Positions 36,208 through 39,126 of a stretch of 39,126 nucleotides of DNA are shown piece after piece. Under the pieces are notes generated by a model. That model was not told the DNA's origin, made no database searches, and saw only the letters and a program-made list of their open reading frames with translations. Every line of letters begins with the position of its first letter. Position 1 is the stretch's first letter. The position numbers and the translations under genes are program-made. The DNA lies in IMG/VR virus record IMGVR_UViG_3300020045_005785, positions 1-39,126 of that record. One strand, written 5' to 3'. This stretch comes from a virus (taxonomy: Duplodnaviria > Caudoviricetes).

Positions 36208-37071
36208 TTAGTTGTAAATATCGCTATAAACGTTACTATGTATTCTTGTTGTAGTTGTTGGCGTATCGGTATCATAATCAGCACTTCCATAATCAATGCC
36301 TAAATAATCATTTAATCCGAAGAATTTATCATTATAATTTGGACTTAAAATATAAGATGCTTCTATAAAGTTTTCTTGTGATGTTTTTTTAGGCAAATCG
36401 ATAGCTTCAAATAATGAGCATCTAATATAATTTACATATAAAATTGGACTTTCTAACAAATAAGTTAGCGCAATCAATACAGATTTAGGCATTAATTCAG
36501 TCCTAAATAATTCTATTTTGCTTGTTTTTATAGCTTGGGAAACCGTGTTTTTTGTAGAAACCTCGTAATAAGTAGTTAATTCTGTTTTCTTATCTTCTTC
36601 ATCAAACCAAGTTTGTAATCCTATGCTTTGATAAACATCCTCGTTACTATCTTTATAATGAAATTGTGTTGTTTTTTCGTTTTCGATGTTGGTTAATAAG
36701 AATGGAGTTGAATAAAATAACTCTCCTACCGCTTGTTCAATTTCTAAATAAACTAATCTATATCCAAAGTCAAAAGGCACATTTGTAAGCGACCAAAACA
36801 ATTGAGGCGCACCATCTAACCTATTTGTCAAAGAATCAATAAAGAAATAATCCGTAACATCGGTTTTAGTTCCTTTGCATAAATCAACTATATTGACAGT
36901 CCAATCTTCTAAATCAATTCCGTTAGGTGTATCTGTGACTTGAATGTATTTTGCGGTGTTGTTTGGTAAAAGTTGAACACCCTTGAAAATAAATTGCGTG
37001 TTTATTTGGCTATTCTTGAAGTAGAACGCTTCTTCTTTTGATCGAAATAGATTTATGAAAGGCTTAACCAT
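36208..37071 (-). CDS. putative tail/baseplate protein
   Basis: 287 aa in the tail module. Confidence 0.55.
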   Translation of the reverse strand: MVKPFINLFRSKEEAFYFKNSQINTQFIFKGVQLLPNNTAKYIQVTDTPNGIDLEDWTVNIVDLCKGTKTDVTDYFFIDSLTNRLDGAPQLFWSLTNVPFDFGYRLVYLEIEQAVGELFYSTPFLLTNIENEKTTQFHYKDSNEDVYQSIGLQTWFDEEDKKTELTTYYEVSTKNTVSQAIKTSKIELFRTELMPKSVLIALTYLLESPILYVNYIRCSLFEAIDLPKKTSQENFIEASYILSPNYNDKFFGLNDYLGIDYGSADYDTDTPTTTTRIHSNVYSDIYN

Positions 37072-37122
37072 TATATTCCCCTGTTATCATCAACGTTAGA
37101 ATTTAAGCAAATATAATCAATT

Positions 37123-39005
37123 TTACAATAAATTTAACCAACCCTCTAATATTTCTTTTGAACTCGCAAAAGCACCATTGATACTAACCTCGTGCCAAAA
37201 GACACCATTATACAATCTATATCGATTTTCATCAAATATATAAAGTTTTTCGTTTTTAATTTCCCATAATAAAGAATCAACACGGGTTTCATTATTAATC
37301 AAAATATATAGGAATTCCGTTGAAATACTCATTGAAGTAGGTTCAAATTTTTCTTCTGCCTTAATACGCAATTCTTTTTCTAATAGTGAATATTCAACAT
37401 CGATAGGATAAACTTTTATAACTTGGTCGTTGTTGTCAATAGTACGAATGAATCCCCTATCGCTTCTGACGCCCGTTTGAAGTTCAATAAATTCCTCAAA
37501 ATACACATTCTTGAACACAATATCATTATACAAAACAGGCGATAATATTGGATTATCAGGTATAAAATCGGCTTTCTCGGTCAATTTCACGCCCGCATAT
37601 TTAGCCGTGTAATCACCGTTATTTTTATACCAAGTGTTTTTAATAGCTTTTTCTTTCCAATACAAATTACAAGTTGCAAGATATGATTTGTAATAATTGT
37701 AAATATTTCTTTTAATAGAATATCGTCTATTACTGTAATTATCTGCACTATTTAAACTTTCAGTTTCCGTAAATCCCTGATTTGTGTAATTCGTAAAAGG
37801 AACGAACGAATCTGACAATGTGTAGGTGTATTTAGTCAATCTGTTTCCATTTCCTGCCTCGCTCGTAACTCCTAAGCCTGTTCTAACCAATTCCAAAGCA
37901 TTGTTTACTACTGAAAAAACACTATAAACACCGTTATTCGTGTCAATTGGCTGAATTGTAAACTCGCTTCCAACTTCTATTCCTAATGATAGAAAGTTAA
38001 TACTTCCATCGCTTCGTAACGTTAATCTATCGGTATCATTGCTATAAGAGTGGTCTAATTGCGTAACCTCAGTAAATGTATTATCGAAAGTTGTATTAAT
38101 TGAATCGATACAAAAAATAGTATCGTCATCTTGTGAAGCCGTATCGGTTGTTATTTCAATTGCTTTTCTTCTTGTACTTTCAATTAAAAAAGCATCTCTA
38201 GTCCAATCTATATCAACTTCTTTTTTATTCTCAACTGATTTGTTAAACAATACAAATCTACTTTCTCCGTGTATAGTATCAGCACTGTTTGCCTCTTCAT
38301 TTTCTTTTAACGATTGATAATTTTTATACTTAAATCCAAACTCATTAATTTTATACTTTGGATTAAAAGTCTTGTTCATTTCTGAAAATTGGGTATTATT
38401 GAAAAAACCAACTTCATTATTGGTGTAAAAATCCGATTCAATTCCGAAAAATATTTTTCCATCGCTTCCAATTTCCCAATCAGCGTGAAACTCTGGGAAT
38501 GATTTTTCAATATCTTCTAAACTTACATAAAACGGTTTATTTGTAATTCCACGTAAAAAATTACCATTAAACAATCTGTTATCGTAAAACTCCCCTAATG
38601 ATTCAAAACGAGGCGCATTAATTTGCAATCCTGATATTGATTTTACAACTTGACGCATTACATCGACTAAACGCAATGATTTTGAAATTGAGTTATAAGC
38701 GGTGGATTCTGCTGTTATCGTTGTACTTGTGCTTTCTATAACAGTTGTAAGTTCATAGGCTAAAACTTGCGTAACTAACAAGTATAACCATATGCTTTCA
38801 CCTCTGAAAATACTATCAAATATTAAGAATTGGTTTAAATCATAAGTAATTGCACCCGAAGCCTCGACATCGTACATCGTAAAAGTTTCCGCAGTATCAT
38901 AATCAACACCTTTTAAAACTAAAACACGCACTCGTTTAACATCGCCACCTGAAGTACTACCTTTTACTTTTACATTAATAGTAACGCCTCTTAAATTGTC
39001 CATTA
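37123..39005 (-). CDS. C-terminal part of the large tail structural protein that starts at 634
   Basis: In-frame continuation across the circular junction. Confidence 0.8.
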
Positions 39006-39126
39006 CAGAAACAACTTTAAATAAGTTTCTATCGTTAAAAGTTCCATTAACTAAATAAGGCGCGTAAGTGTCGTTAATTCCAAAACTAACTATTTGTGAA
39101 GTGATATTGATATATTCTCCTAAATG
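39006..39126. repeat. 121-bp terminal direct repeat (copy 2)
   Basis: Identical to 1-121. Confidence 0.95.

Overview
The window is a complete, circularly assembled, AT-rich tailed phage genome of 39,005 bp: bases 1-121 equal 39006-39126, and one tail gene reads in frame across the join. It has a siphovirus-like gene set, and Bacteroidetes-type TAnnTTTG promoters suggest a Flavobacteriia host. The minus strand carries recombination and replication genes (YqaJ-like exonuclease, SSB-like protein, adenine MTase, primase-helicase, helicase-nuclease fusion), then terminase, portal, protease, HK97-fold capsid, tail, tail fibres and lysis genes. The plus strand carries one early/accessory block (22741-28625). 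No integrase, tRNA or CRISPR array was seen. The main discovery is a ~4.0 kb integron-like array (24298-28292) of eight cassettes, each with an attC-like TAAC..GTTA hairpin and its own cassette-specific flanking inverted repeat. The genome encodes no integrase for it, all cargo genes run opposite to canonical cassette polarity, and the array begins exactly at a stop codon. All product calls come from motif recognition and synteny by eye; no database search was run.
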